A stretch of DNA of 62,019 nucleotides, the filler included, from Circinaria calcarea (taxonomy: Eukaryota): NCBI GenBank assembly GCA_051942165.1. It is 17 parts of 17 records of this genome, joined end to end, with 100 filler letters (N's around TTAATTAATTAA, not from the genome) between each part and the next. Parts side by side here need not be neighbours in the genome. Positions count along the whole stretch, not along the records: positions 58,480 to 62,019 come from JAVECS010002762.1; 16 more parts are not named here. One strand, 5' to 3'. Positions 61,936-62,019 of this stretch are shown here, one piece after another (positions within the stretch are counted from its first letter, which is position 1; each line of letters begins with the position of its first letter). The notes beneath the pieces are model-generated. The model worked only from the letters and a program-made list of their open reading frames with translations, had not been told where the DNA came from and did no database searches. A program made the translations under genes and the position numbers.

Positions 61936-62019
61936 CTGTTAAACTCCCCTTTTGTTCAGCATTCCACTGCTAAAAGGACCCTCCAACTCCGCGCTTCCCC
62001 CCAGCTCGAACCCGTACCC

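Overview
This is fungal (Pezizomycotina) genomic DNA with spliceosomal introns and RIP-like AT-rich transposon relics. A lichen-forming Lecanoromycete is plausible but not provable from sequence alone. The window is not one locus. It is 17 short contigs in descending size (3562 to 3540 bp), joined by 100-bp artificial spacers (N44-TTAATTAATTAA-N44), so gene order across spacers means nothing. Contigs: 1-3562, 3663-7224, 7325-10884, 10985-14544, 14645-18204, 18305-21863, 21964-25520, 25621-29176, 29277-32832, 32933-36488, 36589-40142, 40243-43795, 43896-47448, 47549-51095, 51196-54737, 54838-58379, 58480-62019. Recognisable genes, many truncated by contig ends: PEX2, UTP7, SLD1, GLN1, MED1, LIP2, a copper amine oxidase, a DUF6536-like membrane protein, a P450 pseudogene beside a PTH11-like receptor, PSF3, SWA2, an E2 enzyme, a probably inactive aspartic protease, an FMO, BRX1, an ADH6-like fragment, a DHDPS-family aldolase, Fpg, MIA40, THI80 and a DUF3431 protein. 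The three most notable unexplained features are: (1) a 1.6-kb non-coding array of 10-13 regularly spaced copies of a conserved CpG-rich bipartite motif with diverged linkers (12469-14085); (2) a small secreted-protein gene whose Kex2-type YNFE-RR repeat tail lies in a second ORF overlapping the first at ATGA (34559-35037); (3) a complete 582-bp Mutator-like non-autonomous element with a 9-bp target-site duplication (45554-46135). All protein and family assignments are motif recognition by eye, not database searches.
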